Assembly: GCA_977020255.1 (NCBI GenBank)
Contig: CDROCS010003157.1
Span: forward strand, 1 to 64,000
Length of the DNA stretch: 64,000 bases
Origin: Obrimoposthia wandeli
Lineage: Eukaryota
Reading direction: 5' to 3'
In this document: one piece after another, positions 48,318 to 63,074 of the stretch
How positions within the stretch are numbered: position 1 is the stretch's first letter
How the letters are laid out: every line of letters starts with the position of its first letter
Translations under genes and position numbers: made by a program
The notes under the pieces: model-generated
Told to the model about the DNA's origin: nothing
The model's input: the letters and a program-made list of their open reading frames with translations, nothing else
Database searches by the model: none

Positions 48318-49200
48318 TTATATACACCGATATTGACCGTTGTCTCATTTCATTGCATTATTTTGGTGTCGGTAATCATGTTGTTGATTAATACGATGCT
48401 TTTGATAAGGTGTTCCGACAAACCATTGTTGTTGTGGTCTTCTTTCTGCTGCGTTTGCATAACTCCTTCTTATTTTGATAGCAGCTAGTTCTTCAATTGA
48501 ATTCAAATCCTTTCTGATCGTGTCCATCCGAGAAATAGTTTCTTTTATTTCCTTCAAATCCTGAACATTGCGTAGCTTCAATTCTTTCAATGCATCTGAA
48601 CTGATCGAGTTATCCAAAATGCATTTAATGATACTTTCTTTAGTAATATCATGCTCCATAATCTTTGTCAAATTCTCTAATTTTTTAAAATATGCATCAA
48701 CATTTTCTGTAGTTCTTTTGTAACTCATAGCTTCTGATAAAAACTGGAACAATGTATTCTTCTGTAGAAAGCCTTTTCTGAATCGTTCTTTAAAACTGCC
48801 ATCTTTTTTACTCGTCTTCTCGTATTCATTGTTGGCTTCATTTGACAGGAACGTCTTTATGAATGTCACTTGTAAATTTTCTGGAGTTTGGGAAATTTTA
48901 AAAAAACGCGTTATTCCGATTAAAAATTATTCTATGTCGTAACCAATTATATAAATCTGTGGACTTATAATAAAAGCACTTAAGTGTCCTGGCGTGGTCG
49001 CCATGTTAGAAGACCAAAGTTCAGGCATAATTCCATTTATAAATAAATAGCATTCATTGTTGTGCTGAGGATATATATCGGTCATTATTGAGCAAATCAA
49101 ACAAACCACACAATTACACATTCACCAGCATACATATTACCTAAAGACCCGTAGGTCCGTAAACCACAGTTTACACAATCTATTAAAATATAAACAGAAT
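48318..49200 (-). mobile_element. LTR retrotransposon 5' fragment: LTR (about 49004-49200), tRNA-Arg-like PBS, gag remnant
   Basis: On the minus strand ..AACA is followed directly by TGGCGACCACGCCAGGAC (49003-48986), complementary to a tRNA-Arg-type 3' end. Gag-like ORF at 48869-48345. The outer LTR end is uncertain. Confidence 0.6.
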
Positions 49201-49239
49201 ACATAGGATTATTTTTTATAAATTAAATTGTTCCGGAAA

Positions 49240-49330
49240 CCCTTCACAAAGTCATTATTGGGATCATCTTCATCGATATCCCTCTGACTTAGTGGTATTG
49301 GAGTAAGCGGCACATGCTCATCCAGGAAAC
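49240..49330 (-). mobile_element. Further Maverick fragment homologous to 14106-14185
   Basis: VPLTPIPLSQRDIDEDDPNNDFV versus VPLSPIILSRRDYDPNDPNDDFV. Confidence 0.7.
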
Positions 49331-52300
49331 TGGAGAGAAGAAGCTGGACGGAATCTTTGGACGTAAAAAATCACCTTATATTTATCAAACCTCCTTCCTG
49401 ATGAGCCTGGCCAAGGCAAAACGGGGTTTTTACCTCGTCGGAGGCTAAGCAAACAAAATACCTCCCCGATTGTGGACATTTCGAATTTTATGAAAATGTC
49501 AATTTAAATGAATTGACAAAAATGTTTAATTAATTTAATTAATTTCCAAAACCCAAAATATATGTATATATATATACTTAGTTTCAATTGCAGCTGAAGA
49601 TAATATTTCCCAAAACTTGTGTTGTCTAAGATCAGGCTGATTTTTAATCGGTTAGGGCATTAATTCAATTCCTTTCAAAACTATTCTGGCTAAGCCTAGA
49701 ACAACAAAACTGCAATTTATGAACCACTTGACTCTGATACGAAATGATTATTCCGATAGACAGCATGGATAGTGTTGCGGCAGTTTGAATCTCAGCCCTC
49801 TTTTATAAGCAGTTTGTTTATACTAACATATTTCCACAGCATCTAAATTATTTTGAGAATTCGGTTTATTAACATATTAGATCTCTTAATGTTCAAACAA
49901 ATTTCATTTTAATACACCATTTTAGCTACTGCATGATGGTTACAATTTTTCATTAATGTAGATAAAATGATTCACAATGTTCAAATAAACTTGTGTATAG
50001 CAGCGACACTAATGGGACTGTTATGAAATTCCAAGTTCCTTCGAATTATGTTAAACCTTGTTTGAGTCTAAACCCCACAAATACTATTTGTTTATGTAAA
50101 AATAACAATTGATGAAAATTGATCATTTTACGCTTCTTTGCAAATGGTGACACTGAATTCAATTGGCTAAATTATAATAGTACAAACTATTCAATGAATT
50201 TTAATCAAATGAACAAATTTGCAATTGTATAAAATGGTAAATTAGCATACAAGTTGGAGGTTTCGAATGGAATGGCTTGTCAGCTTCATACTGATACCGC
50301 ATCTGTAAAGTCGTACGACGCCGTATCTGAATCCCTGATTCTGTAATGGCGGTAGATTTATGACTATTTTTAGATACGGTTGTTATAGATTCCTGGAAAT
50401 CATTTCTTCTCGCTGACAATTTGCTGGTTGCAATCAGGTCTCTTTCTACGTTCGTTGCTCTGATCGACAATTATGTTGACAATTTATATAGTTGGTCGGA
50501 ATCCCTTCACCATGTTTGACAATTATCTGCATCTTCTTTATTATATTTTTCCAGTGGACACTAAATTCTGAGATTTCTTGCACAACATCCCCACAATTCA
50601 ACTCACATTTCGTTTTCCCCTTTCACACTTTATCTGATGTTTCTTCTTGTTCAGAAGAAAACAGATTGCTATGGATAACAATTAACTACTTAAGATTTTA
50701 TCGCTCAATGTTCTTGTGTAAGCAATAAACCTAAATCAGTGGTACATTTCTGCAAATGAAAGAAAGGTACAAATTCAATTAGTATGGTTCAACCAAAGAA
50801 AGGAATTGTATGCGTTTATAAATATATGAATGTGTTAGAATAGGAAAATTAGTAAAAATGTAAATAAATAAAATATTATTTATAGTAGAAGTTAACCTAA
50901 AAAAATATAAGGTTAAATTAAAAATAAATTAAAATACAAAAATAAATAAAATTCGAGTATATTAAATTAAAAATAAAATGGGGTCTTGAAGAAGTCATGA
51001 AATGTGTATAAGAATATTGGGACCAGAGTTGAAATTCTTCTTATGGAAGCCTCTGGTTCGTGAGTTCTTTAGAGTGATATATCTTGTATGGACGGCCTAC
51101 TCATTTAATTTCAGAAGTTATTAGAAGGCGTATGTTTTTATTTGCCACAATTCTAATTTCTAATGTTTGCTTACTCAGTGAGTCTATGACTTCTAGAAAC
51201 TGTATGCTTTCAGTTAAATGTGGGACTACTCTCTATTTTCTCTTATTGTATGTGGTCAAACTCCTTTGAAAATGCAATTTTATTCAAAACAAATAATTTA
51301 TTCAAATCAAATTGAACTAAAATACGTTAGCTTACAATATAAATACTAAAAAGAACCTAGTGCTCTCTGTCCAAGTTATCCAGAAGTGTCTGGGAAAATA
51401 TTCTAAAAGTCCGTGTTCAGGACAACTAATAATAATAATTGATTTTAGATTTTAATACATAAATTGAAATTCACTCGCCGTAAAATTCTAGAAGCTTGCA
51501 TCTGTTGCAAATTTGTCCTCTTTTTGATGAATGATTCTTGCTTTTTCAAATTTTCCTCTGGTGAGAAAATTTGGTATCTTCTACTTGAATATACTTGTCG
51601 TGATTCAAGTTTCCTGTCGTGGGAAAGCTCGGTTTGGCTGGATTTATTCGAATTCTGTCAGAAAATATATGTTTGTATTCCTGCTGCTTCTTCTGTTAAA
51701 TAACTGCTGTCCACCAATGAGCGTTGCTTCTTTTTGGAATTTCGAAAAATCTGCGATCACGATCCGCTGGGACTCTTCTCATCCAAAATCCATTTTTTTG
51801 TGTTTTTCTTGACTGCTTTCTTACTTACTTAATTACTGACTGACAAGTTGTGGTGTCTCATATGACTATTTAAACTGTTGAATCAGCGGTCACATGAGAT
51901 CAATTAATTTTTATATTCTTGTAAATTTCCAATTGTTCCCGTTTTAGTAATTTTAATTTAATTTAATTTAATCTTTAAGGTTACGAAATGTCCTTGTCGA
52001 GGACTATACATATAGCCAATTATTTAATTATTTTTATTAAATTTTTCCGATTCTGGACCACAAAAAGAAGATTAAAACGATGTACAACGGATCGTGGAGA
52101 GAACAAGATTTCATGTAAACAGTTTTCATAGGAAAGATATTATCGATTGAACAATATTCCAATCAGACCAGATTCAACTAAGTGTAAACAGTAATCAACC
52201 TCGCAAATTCCGACGATATCCGGCCACCGTAACTAGAAGATAACGAGGAGGTAATTAACTTTGTGGACAGGAAATTATTATCCATCAACAGGAATCGTCG

Positions 52301-53728
52301 TCATAAAATCGATCAGTGTACCCAGAATCGTCATATATAAAGATGAAATCGGAGCGATCGGCGCACAACAATTAGTAGAAGAAGCCAGTTCTATAGACTT
52401 TATAATTTATATTGAAATAGAATAATATAAAAACCTATTTCGTGCTGTACAGAAGTGGTACGAAAAAAACAACAGACGCTGAATCTGAGAACCAAAGAGG
52501 GGTCAGTTGAATAACAAAGCAGTGCATAATTTGGACAACTCCAAGGATTCAATTGATGGAAACTAACGGTGAGATAAACCAAGCAAGAAGAGGAAAATAC
52601 ATTCAGATTCGGAATTCAAACATCTGGAAGTGGAGTAGTTTATTGGTGAGAACCCTAATTGTGTCGTAATCAAATTAAGTATCATTTTTGAGTAAAAATT
52701 GTGAAAGTAGTATTTCAAAGTAATACTTATTAGTAATCAAAATAAGTATTATTTATGAGAAGAAGTTGTGAAAGTAGTATTTCAAAGTTATATATCGTGT
52801 AAAATCTTGAAATTAATATTGAAGTTATTTACTTACGTAATTTTAGGAATAACGTTAGGAATTGAACTGAGTTTAGAGTGTAGACCTACTTTCTAGAAGT
52901 TTGAATAATCCCATAATCAATTTTTGTCTCTTTTTAATTTTGTGTTATAGAATATAAGTAGTGATTTAGATAATTCTACTATTTCATAATTGCGAGACGC
53001 ACCCTACTAGAGAGCCAGCCAACTAACATATTAGTTAGTAGTGAGTTAAATCACATAGTTAGTGTTCCAAGCTCTGATCCGTTCAGATTATCATAGCTAA
53101 TGTTGTTTGGCTTCGAATCAGCTTTCATTGATTTAAGTCTTGGTTTTACCAGACCCTGTTTCGTACTAAACTCGAAATAACCAGCTAACCCCGTAAGCTC
53201 ACATCACACAACAGTAGTTTTTGGGTTCCTCTTAGCTAGCCTTGTAAACAAGTCCTTGAACATACCACAACACAATAAGACATAAAACATTGAAAATTTA
53301 ACTATTATTAGCAAGTCGCGCATTGTACTGCTTAAATATAGTAGCCTGTAATCTCTCCCGATAACCAAATTAATTTTTTTTTAATGGAGATTATTTCTTT
53401 TTAAGTAGCTGAAACTTATCAAATATTTATCTTCTGTGTTTTTAACAGAAATGATTTCTTTTATCAAATATGTCTTTTAAAAAACCATTTTATTTTTTGT
53501 TGATGCTTAAGTTATGTTGTAAAAATAAACAACTGAGTTTCTATAATTTGATATAATTATAACTTATAAAAATCTTAGATTAAATTGACAAAATTTAATT
53601 TTAATAATCATAACCCGAAATTGGTTATAATATTTATTTAACAGTGAAGTTGTTTATTTATTCATTATATTTGGGTGATATTTTAAAATTGTAACTACTG
53701 TAAATAATCATAAATTTAAAAAAAATAT

Positions 53729-56700
53729 ATGGCATTTTTATTGGGTAGTGAATATTGTCTTCAGAGCCTTTCTAATGATTTAGCTGACTTAAATTCTTCA
53801 TTAAAAGATGTAATTAGTAAAACAGGAAAAATAAATTCAATTTCGTGGAAATTTCCAGATAAAATTGCGTGCGATATAAATATCGATGAATTGTTGAATA
53901 GCTATAAATATGATCCGGAAGATACGGAGAACAATCAAGTAGCACATATTGTTTTGCTTGAGCTGATAATAGACAGGTGAGATTCGACAATAGGTTAAAT
54001 ATTACCAACTGTAGAATTTGTTTGATGTTGCAACTGGACTGTGAGTTCTTCGATACAATGACTGTAAGTGGGAAAAAAGTCGTCGAGAAGAAGGAGGAGC
54101 GCAAGTCAGCTGGAAAAGTAGTTTCACCGTGTTTGGGATTGACTTCGAAGAAACGATGGAACAAATTGCAGCAGCTTTCTCTGTTCCTGGAGAATGTACA
54201 GAAAGACGTAATAATTTGGATATAAATACGTTTAATGATTTTTTTTCTGGGTTATAAACATCCATAAACAATAAGTTTAAGAAATTCGTAAAAATGTCTT
54301 TGTTTTCCAGCCGCTATTTCTGTGATTTTCTCCGATTTCAAAGACCTGATTTAAATAAAACTTAACTAATAAGTAGTTATAAAGGTCATTGGTGTGTTTT
54401 CAAAGTTTCAACATTATACAGTCGGAACTTTCAGAGATATTTCAACTGACAGTCGACATGACCAGAAATTTTGAAATTTATCTAAGAAAATGTCGAAATT
54501 CCGATTTCCAGCTCAATCTGCGCACTTCAAATTCAGACAGCAACTAAGTATGGATGTTCTGGTCACACATACCAAGTTTGAACTACATAAAATACGGATT
54601 TGCAGGGATATTTAAGCGGAAAGTCGACCAGGAATGTATTAAATTTCCAATTTAATTTGAGTGGATTTCAAGTAATCCATCCTATACATGTATGTTTATA
54701 GTGTACGTGCTGAAACTCAGTATCTATGGTGAGAACATCCATAACTAGTTGCCTTCCAAATTTAAAGAGTAGTATGTCGTTGTGTAAATGTCCAGGTCTT
54801 TGGCTGTGCCGACTTTCAGCTGAGATATCTGTTCAAGTTCTGAACGTATTTTGTTGAAACTTCAAAAGTAAGTCGAGAACATTCATAACGACATTTTTGC
54901 TAATTGCAATTTAAATACCACATTTGTGCTTCAAGAAATCCTCTTTTAAAATCCGAGTTGGAAAGGTTTATGTAACAACCCTAATAAAAACATAGGTTGT
55001 CAATTTACAAACTCGGACTTCATTGTGTCCATAGAAGTCTGAAGAGGTAGGTCCCGCGACATAGAAGATGCAGTCTTTATAATATGAAAATATAATCACC
55101 GATTGTCACGAAATGTGCGGTTGATTTCAATTTTAGAACAGAAGAACTGAAACAATCGATAATACCGAGTATGATAAAAATATCACATATAATTTTCTAA
55201 AATCAATTATAATGGATAACTAGTAGTCAATTCTTCATATGGTAAGAAGAACATGTGTAGATTTACAGCTTCACGCCGTCGAGGGGTTGTAGAGTATTAG
55301 ATGGGAACTGAAGCTGGTTTTCTAGTGGTGCTCCGCTGTGTTGGTTTGCTGCAGCTGGGTTATGTACAATTTGTTGCTAACGGCAGCTGCAGCAGAGTCG
55401 CAAAATGGGCAAGGAGATCGCAGTTGAGCTACAGCAAGTAAGGAAGGAGAAGGAGCCAGTGACCAAGACTACAGTGGAAGAGAATCTGAGCAAAGAGAAG
55501 CTGTCTGTACAGGCGGTGCAGTGGCTGGAGACACTTGAGGCCGAGGGGCGAGAAGCCAGTAACAAGCTGCGAGCCCCGGTTGGTCAGATATCACGGGACT
55601 TCGGTTGCAAGTCGAGCCAGACTCTGGAGACGGCCTTCAAACCGTGTGAAGCTTGTCATGTCTCGCAGACGTGTCTGAAGGTGAGATGGCGAGTTTATGT
55701 TCTGACTCAGACTGTCACTATCATCCAGGAAAGCTGCAGCCTCGTGATGAGGACTCTGCAGTCGCATCAGCTGCCGTCAGTGCTGTCGAGAAACCACCAC
55801 CGTGACACAACTGGACTGGACTGGCTAGGTGAGCGACAGCTGCTACTACTGCGGGATGGGCTGAACAAGGACCTCGCAAGGCTGATGCATCATGGGACTG
55901 GAAGTGGGATTAAACTGACTGAGGCTCAGGGCCAAGTGAGAGAGATGCAAGACAAGGAGCGCCAATTGAAGGAGGCCAGTGATATTAACAAGGTCAGTGT
56001 GTACATCACACTGCGTCACAATTTGCACCACATCACACTACACCACGCTTTCTGACACTCACTGACACTACAATTCACTCTCTCACACTACACCATACTT
56101 CGTCACAATCTGGCACCACAACATGTTACATTACACTCCTCCACACTTCCCGACACTACATTACACTTCCTGACACTGCATAACAATCGGGAACCTCATC
56201 ACACTGCACTACACTTCTTTACATTGCACCACACTGCACCACACTGTGTCACAATCTGGCATCATACTACATTACACTGTGTAACAATCAGGCACCACAG
56301 CATGTTTCATCACACAACACCACGCTTTCCGACACTCCCTGACACTAGATTACACTGTCACAATCTGGCACCACAGAACATTACATCATACTGCTCCACA
56401 TTTCCTGACACTACATTACACTTCCTGACACTGCATAACAAGCTGGCACCACATCACACTGCACTACACCTCACCACTCTGCACCAAACTTCCCCACACC
56501 ATACTACATTTCTTTTGTTCCAGAAATTGTACGAGAAAGAAAAGACGAATATGACAGAAGAAAAGACGGAGCTGTTGACGAAGATAGATAAACTGACTAG
56601 AAGTCTTGGCGGGAGTCGGAAAGAGTTGGAACAATCTCGAGCTGAGTTTGATGTCAGTCTGAAGAAAATGCAGAGTTGTCTAGAAGAGACGAGGCGAAAA

Positions 56701-56734
56701 TTGGATGACTTGGAGACAATCGTCAAACAGCACG
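53729..56734 (+). CDS. CCDC157: CCDC157 orthologue, 5' exons: 53729..53976, 54015..54207, 55387..55680, 55729..55992, 56524..56734; 3' part not seen
   Basis: MAFLLGSEYCLQSL..DL..SWKFPDKIACD..AHIVLLELIIDR matches the CCDC157 N-terminus as I recall it. Coiled-coil exons follow, and splice junctions are frame-consistent. Confidence 0.85.
54380..54960. repeat. Intronic repeat with internal inverted sub-repeats (MITE-like)
   Basis: caactaagtatggatgttct (54541) and agaacatccataactagttg (about 54733) are inverted partners; several similar motifs nearby. Confidence 0.4.
56000..56510. repeat. C/A-rich degenerate tandem repeat in a CCDC157 intron
   Basis: Recurring cacaatctggcaccaca, cctgacactacattacacttcctgacactgcataaca and catcacactgcactacac. 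Confidence 0.85.
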
Positions 56735-58379
56735 GTAATAGAAGATTTGGTCTCGTTGGGCATTTTGCTGTTGACAATCGAGGTCATAATACATAGTACT
56801 CCAATAATCAATTACGCTGTCAAAATCTATTCACCTGCAAAAGTTCATCAAAGAGAAATTATTTTCTTAGTATTCAAATGGTTACCTCACTCGGTATTGG
56901 AACCTATATTAAACCGGTAAATTGGGAGAATGAACAATTGAAACAAACCGCGATGCTATTTATTTGGGAATTTATGGTAAAATTGTGGGATTTTTATAAT
57001 TTAATTAATATAATATTTTTTAAATTAAAGGTAAACATAAACATACTTTTTTACACTTTTCTTCCTTAGAAAATCTACTGTCATGATTTCGATGAGGAAC
57101 TCATTCCAAGCAGATTATGCAGTACATACTCTTACATAATTTCCTAACTTAGGGAAAAATCTAAACGAGTTTTCGGCTATCAGGCGTCAAGTTAGCAGGT
57201 TTGGAAAAAAGATTCATTAATTAGTTTATTGGCTACTATTTATTTGATTAAAATAATTTTTGAACGTGTTTCATATGTGAGCTTTTTGGAATCTATCCTT
57301 GTCAGTGTATCGTTAGTGCTGTAAAATAAAATGTTGAATATACAGATTGTTTGTGAAGTATCTGTAGTTTATTCCACATCGCCAGTTCTGCTTACCTAAT
57401 ATTTCCCACTAGGAATTCGTATTGAATCGTGATGCTCCACTGAAGAAAGCCACACATCGTATCCATTAGAAGTTTGAAAATAATTGTAGGACGTTACATC
57501 AGCTGTACTTTTAATCATTCGCTTTACCAAATACAACTACAATCCAAATGCCAGATACCCAGAAGGAAACTTCAGATGGATCTCGATAAGTCTCTCGCCC
57601 ACTAAAGCGTTTCTGACGATCATTTTGCACGTCTGGCTTGAAATGGCACACATTAAGGTCATCATCATTCTATGAACGTTTTCAGCTCGTCAAGATATCT
57701 TGGATTTCTGGCGTACGCATTATCATAACCCTATAAGAAATAGTTATCACTTTTTTCTCTTATTTTTCACGGAAAAATTGTTTTAGTCTCAAGAAGGCAT
57801 GAAAGTTGAAAAGAAAAAGTGTATGGCAACAAATTGATTTCAAAGTAATAAAAAGTTAAGCTTAAGTTATACGAAAATATATTACTTATAAGTAAAAGTA
57901 GGAAAATATACAAATATATTTACAACTTTATTATTACGGTCGATACTGACGATATATTTCCAGCTAGTTTCAACTCTTTATTTTATTTCAGTTCGGTTTG
58001 AGTTAGAAAATTATTCAAATTTGTTGTGATGAAGATGGATATAAATATTATTAAATTGATATACGGTTAAAGCTCAGCCAAATTATTTAAATTGATATCC
58101 AGATAACAAAATTCATATATCAAATGTTCACTTCAATTTTATCATAGCCCGACTACACTGGACTATTTCAGCTGGAATTTGGCTATTAGAGACTGCGGCT
58201 GATGCCCACAGGTTTGATTATTGAATTACGGGGATTCCGAGCCAGTTCTCAGTATGGGAGAGATAGTAGTAATCCAATCATCGATGATCATTCCATATCG
58301 GTCGTTCAGCCCCGACACGTACCGAAATATCAGCTTCGTAATCGTCTGACTGACAAATAACATTATTCTTCGTAATAGT

Positions 58380-59230
58380 AAATAGTTTTAGCTGTTTCTT
58401 GATTATTTTAATATTGCTCGAGTTTCTTATATTCATCGAAAAATAGTTGTAGAGATTCGGAGCATAAATTGTCAAATATTCCATCACTTTGTTTGTTATT
58501 TTAGAATTTCTTGGCCAATCTGCAGTTGTCAATGTTGGTTCGAAGATACATATACATGCTCACTGCACCAGGCTCGATAAGTCCATAAGAATATTTGGGA
58601 TTTTGTGAGAGAATACATTGTTTGATAATAAGTAGGATCTTGAATTCAATTATGGCATTGATCGAAACTGGATTAAATATTCATTTTTCTTGATTTGAAT
58701 ATAGTTCTGACGGCTTCTTTTAAAGGAGGACTTGTATTAACATAATTGTTCTGAATATTTCGATGCGTGCGACAAGTTGTTTGAGAAAATCTCTATATTC
58801 CTTACGATCATTCAATGTGCCGTTTATTTATTGACCGTTTTATAAAGTCTGAAAGCAGCGTTATTGCTTAGTGGAAATCGTGTTTTCATTCTAAAAGTTT
58901 CTATAAACAGCCGTGAGATCCACATATACCTGTCCCAGAATATTATGAATCAGAGTTATTGATACATGTGATAGGATTGGTTCAATTGTACATATTTGGT
59001 ACCAAATTGGAAACATTCTTTCTTTCAAATAGTTGAAAAATTAATCAACTTCCATTTCTCTTAAGTTCTTTTCTTCTGAAATTTGCTTTACTAGGTATAT
59101 GCAGGTTTCATGTTAACAAAAACCCTTTACAATGTTTGATGATCATTATTTGATAATTTATTCTTTCACAAGCAAGGTCCAGACTCATGCATTTTTTAAA
59201 GTAAAAGTTTAGACGAAGGAGATTTTTTAA
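58380..59230 (-). mobile_element. Possible 3' end of a CR1/L2-type LINE, highly decayed
   Basis: YAPNLYNYFSMNIRNSSNIKIIKKQLKLF resembles the AP.LWN.LP..IR.S.S...FK..LK C-terminal motif. No RT core recognised. Confidence 0.3.
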
Positions 59231-60399
59231 AATGATTTAAATTTCCAATCTAATACACAACTTATATTTCTGTCTGAAGTACACATGGGATTATTGTTTT
59301 TGATTACAAAATTTCAAGTAAACATGTTTAATTTCTAAATACATCTTTAGTATCTAGTTTATACAAAAAGAACTTCCACCGTAACATAAATGTATTTCTA
59401 GGTATTTACAATTACATTTTTATGAAGAGAATTAAAACATGGCCTTTGCCATTTCTATATTTCACTATTAAATTAAAATAATCATATTTCACGAAGGGTT
59501 TCTATGTTTATTTATTACTGACTGTTAACATTATGTAAAGGTTCAACCTTTGTATTCTCATGATTAACATATTTATATTTTAAAAATTGAGTGTGAAAAT
59601 TGCTGGATAGTCTCTCACTTCTCATTCATTATATTATAATTTTGATGTTTTTGTTGAGTTTTATTACATCAGGAGTCGAGTTTTCACTGACAACTTTTTG
59701 ATGTGAAATGGGTCATATTAAAATTAATACAAAAATATCAGTTATCATATGAATATTATTTTATTTAAATTTATGAAAGTTGACATATATTTAAAATATT
59801 TAGTATAAAAATGTAACTATTGTTAATCAAAATTATTTGTATAATTTAATTATTTTTTTAAACAAATATTGAGATACAAATAAGCAGTTAAAACAACGTT
59901 TTATTATAAATAATATATATTATATATTAGCAAACATTATTAATTTAATATTAAACTTTGAATATATTTTCAAATAATATTAAATCTGTAATCTAATCTA
60001 TAAAAATCCTTTTGAACTAAATAGTTTACTTTTCATACATATATATTGTTCATATATTGTTCATAACATGTAAACGCCATCAAAAGCCATTTCTAAAATT
60101 ATTGAAAGATTATTTTTTGATTCAATTTAAGATTATATTTATTGACAATGTCTGATAATTGATATAACATGATGTTTTCTTGAAAATTATTTTGACATTT
60201 ACTTTAGTTGTTATTAGAACTTAAAATTAAACTCTATATTAAAAAAATATATATATTTTCGAACGTCACTATATTTTATTTATAAAAGTTTTTCAATATT
60301 TCCTTATAAAGCTATTAGACTTTTTTTGCATTGAGGTACGAAAATCGAATTGAATACGCATAGATCAACAAAATCGAGTGAAGTCTCATTATTATATAT

Positions 60400-60618
60400 T
60401 TTCTAAATTTTCATTATATAGATTTCTAAATATCTCTATAAATAAACTTATTTAAACTATAAAATGCTCAGAAACACTTGTCCCATACTAGCCAATTCTA
60501 ATTAAACTATTTGCATTTGATATAACAGAAACCTTAAGGAGATATTCCGTTTCAAAGTGCACTTTACCATTTATTTTTCCTAAAATAAGATATATTTTCT
60601 AAATTTTCATTATATAGT
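60400..60618 (-). repeat. Single inverted copy (about 1.1 unit) of the 196-bp repeat
   Basis: Reverse complement of the 63131-63330 unit, nearly identical. Confidence 0.92.
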
Positions 60619-61629
60619 CTCATATTCTACTAATGAGTGAGGAAAAAGAATGAGAGAAAGAAATAGTAGAAATCATAAGAAATTAGACACTTTATATTTA
60701 TTTTAAAAAACCAAAATGTATCTTTGGTTTCGGAAGTTCGGTTAAATTTTTGTCTACCATCGTTTACAAAGTATATTTGTTAATAAATCAAGGTAATTTT
60801 GGTACTTTTTCCGCAGCGATATCGAATGTAATAGAAAATAAACCATTACGATGTAAAGGATCTTATTTTATTTCTTTTGCAGATCATTGTATATATCGTT
60901 TCAAATCCGAAGTTCACAAGTTCGTAGGAAAATTAAAATCTGGAATCATTTCGGGATCTTGTTTAAAATAAGTATGTTTTTCTGAAATACGAATAAACAC
61001 TCCAATTGAATTTTCTATATTCGAGAGTGGGGTGGACGGCTGCAGAGGCCAAAGTCTCCAAATTGGTACGCATCAACGATTTATCAGCCGATGAGATCAG
61101 CAAGTACAAAGCCCGACGTGCTAGCACCTCCCGTGACAGGGGACGGTTTCCAAGTCGTGGTTACAACACGCACCGAGGCAGTGGACGCTTGACGTTTGCT
61201 AGAGGAGCTGGTCTCCCATTGTGACCCGGCCTATTTGCGATGGTAGCGGGACTATTTGTTTATCACAATAATGTCGGTGGACGTTTACAACAACGTAACA
61301 CGACCACAATTGAGCGCGATCACAATCGAAGAGTTCATTCACAGCCCCCAGAGTGCACAACTGTATGTAACTCAAGTCTCGCCAGTCAGTAATGCAGAAA
61401 CAGATGGTTCCCAATCAACACAACCTGCATACTTCAATGATTCGAGTGGTTGTAAAGCTTTCCACAGTAACAAAAGAGATGTGGCCAAAAAACCGGATCA
61501 ACCGTCGCTCCTTACCGTCACATCACTCTCAGCCTACCAACAACAATTCCAGGCGTGATGTGATTGGTGGGAGTTTATTATATAACATATGGCAAAATAC
61601 ATAGAGATGCCAGAATCTCTGTTAGTTTT

Positions 61630-62400
61630 AAATATCATATATCATCGCCTGAAAGGCCTGAGTCGAATCCTCTTCCGGTTCTGGCTTGTCTGCAGGATTC
61701 CGCTCTGACATAATGTATTGTATTTTTATCCATTTGATAGTTACCAAGATCTGCAGCGCTATCACGATCCACCACTCACTCATGGCACTCGGAATCCTCT
61801 TGGTCTTTGAGGTCCAAATGAGGCTTTGGTTGGCTTCTTGTATGTAAATATTTCTTTCTGGAATCTTGAGCGTCATGTGTATGTGTCACGTAGGTCGCAA
61901 CTGTACTACTGCCACTGAAATCTGGGTGGCGTCTGTAGCCCATACCTCGTTGTCCTGTAACTCGTCCCATTGCCATGTAGGAGCCTGATTCTGTAGGAAG
62001 AGGAAACAACTGCAACGGAGATCAGTGTGTAGATAATTAATCGCATATGGCCATTCCAAGACTTGGGCTACGTAGTTTGCAAAACCAAGCGTGGCTAAAG
62101 CATGTACCCAGGCGCCGAAATCGACGCTGTCCCCGTCATCTTCCGGCACTGTGAAGTTTCCCAATAGTAGGTTACGCCTATAGGCTTCAAGCAGCGACGG
62201 TTGATCCGGTTTCTTGTGTACATCTCTTTTTCGCTATGGGAGACCAGCTCCTTTAACAACCGCTGGGCGTCCACGGCCTCGGTGCGTGTTGTAACCACGA
62301 CTTGGAAACCGTCCGTCACTGGAGGTGCTATATGCTCGCTGAGCTTATACAGGCCTTCTGCCTCGTGCAGAGAACGTTTGTCTTTATCTGCGAGCATCCT
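61630..62400 (-). mobile_element. Degenerate retroelement RNase H-like fragment (DIRS-like or Gypsy)
   Basis: VWATDAT, RNIYIQEA and IKIQYIMSERNPAD resemble the TDAS / HIN.LE / I.HI.G..N.AD motifs. A partial inverted homologue lies at 61440-61510. Confidence 0.35.
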
Positions 62401-63074
62401 CTTGTAACATTTGTAGCTTGATGGGTCCTGCCTCAAAGTGTTCAGGTAATACTGTAGGAGCAGGAGTATTATCCGGTAAACGTCAGTACATGTCCATGCC
62501 ATGCAATAGCTGGAGTATTTTACCCAATGCCGGGTCTTGTGGCCTTGCCATGTGGTCTTGTTCAATGTCGATTCGATTACTATGAGGTTGTCCTCTGTCG
62601 TCCGTTGATTTGCTTCTCGTGAAGTACCCATTGTTGTTGTCTTCGGATTCCAGGTTGCACGATGGTGAACTTTCTGTGCTGTCACTAAAATAATGATCAA
62701 TATTGTCTTGAATTGCGTTGTTATTGTTGTACTGCCACAGGTCTCTTCTTCTTATCACGGAACGATCGCCGTATGAAATTTTATCTAAAATGAAATCCTC
62801 AATTGTGAGGGCTAAACCAGAATTCGCAAAAATATTTGTGACTTTATATTATAAAACGTCTCCTCTATTGACTTTTGGATAAAATTCAAAATAAAACTAA
62901 CAGAGAGAGACTGCATTTTTTATATTGAGATCTATATGATGAAAAATCTGAAAATATATTAAATCTTTGGTCAAATTAATGATAGAACCACCGTTGGAAA
63001 AGAATATTTCCGTACTTTTTGTGAAATATGAAGTGCAAATAGTTTTATTGGAATCATCTAATCGGACAGGATGA

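Noticed and set aside
49850-52100. Possible decayed DNA transposase on the minus strand
   Set aside because: No catalytic motif or TIR pair could be identified with confidence.
56224-56523. His/Thr-rich N-terminus of the 190-aa ORF
   Set aside because: Translation of the intronic C/A repeat; only 56524-56734 is exon.
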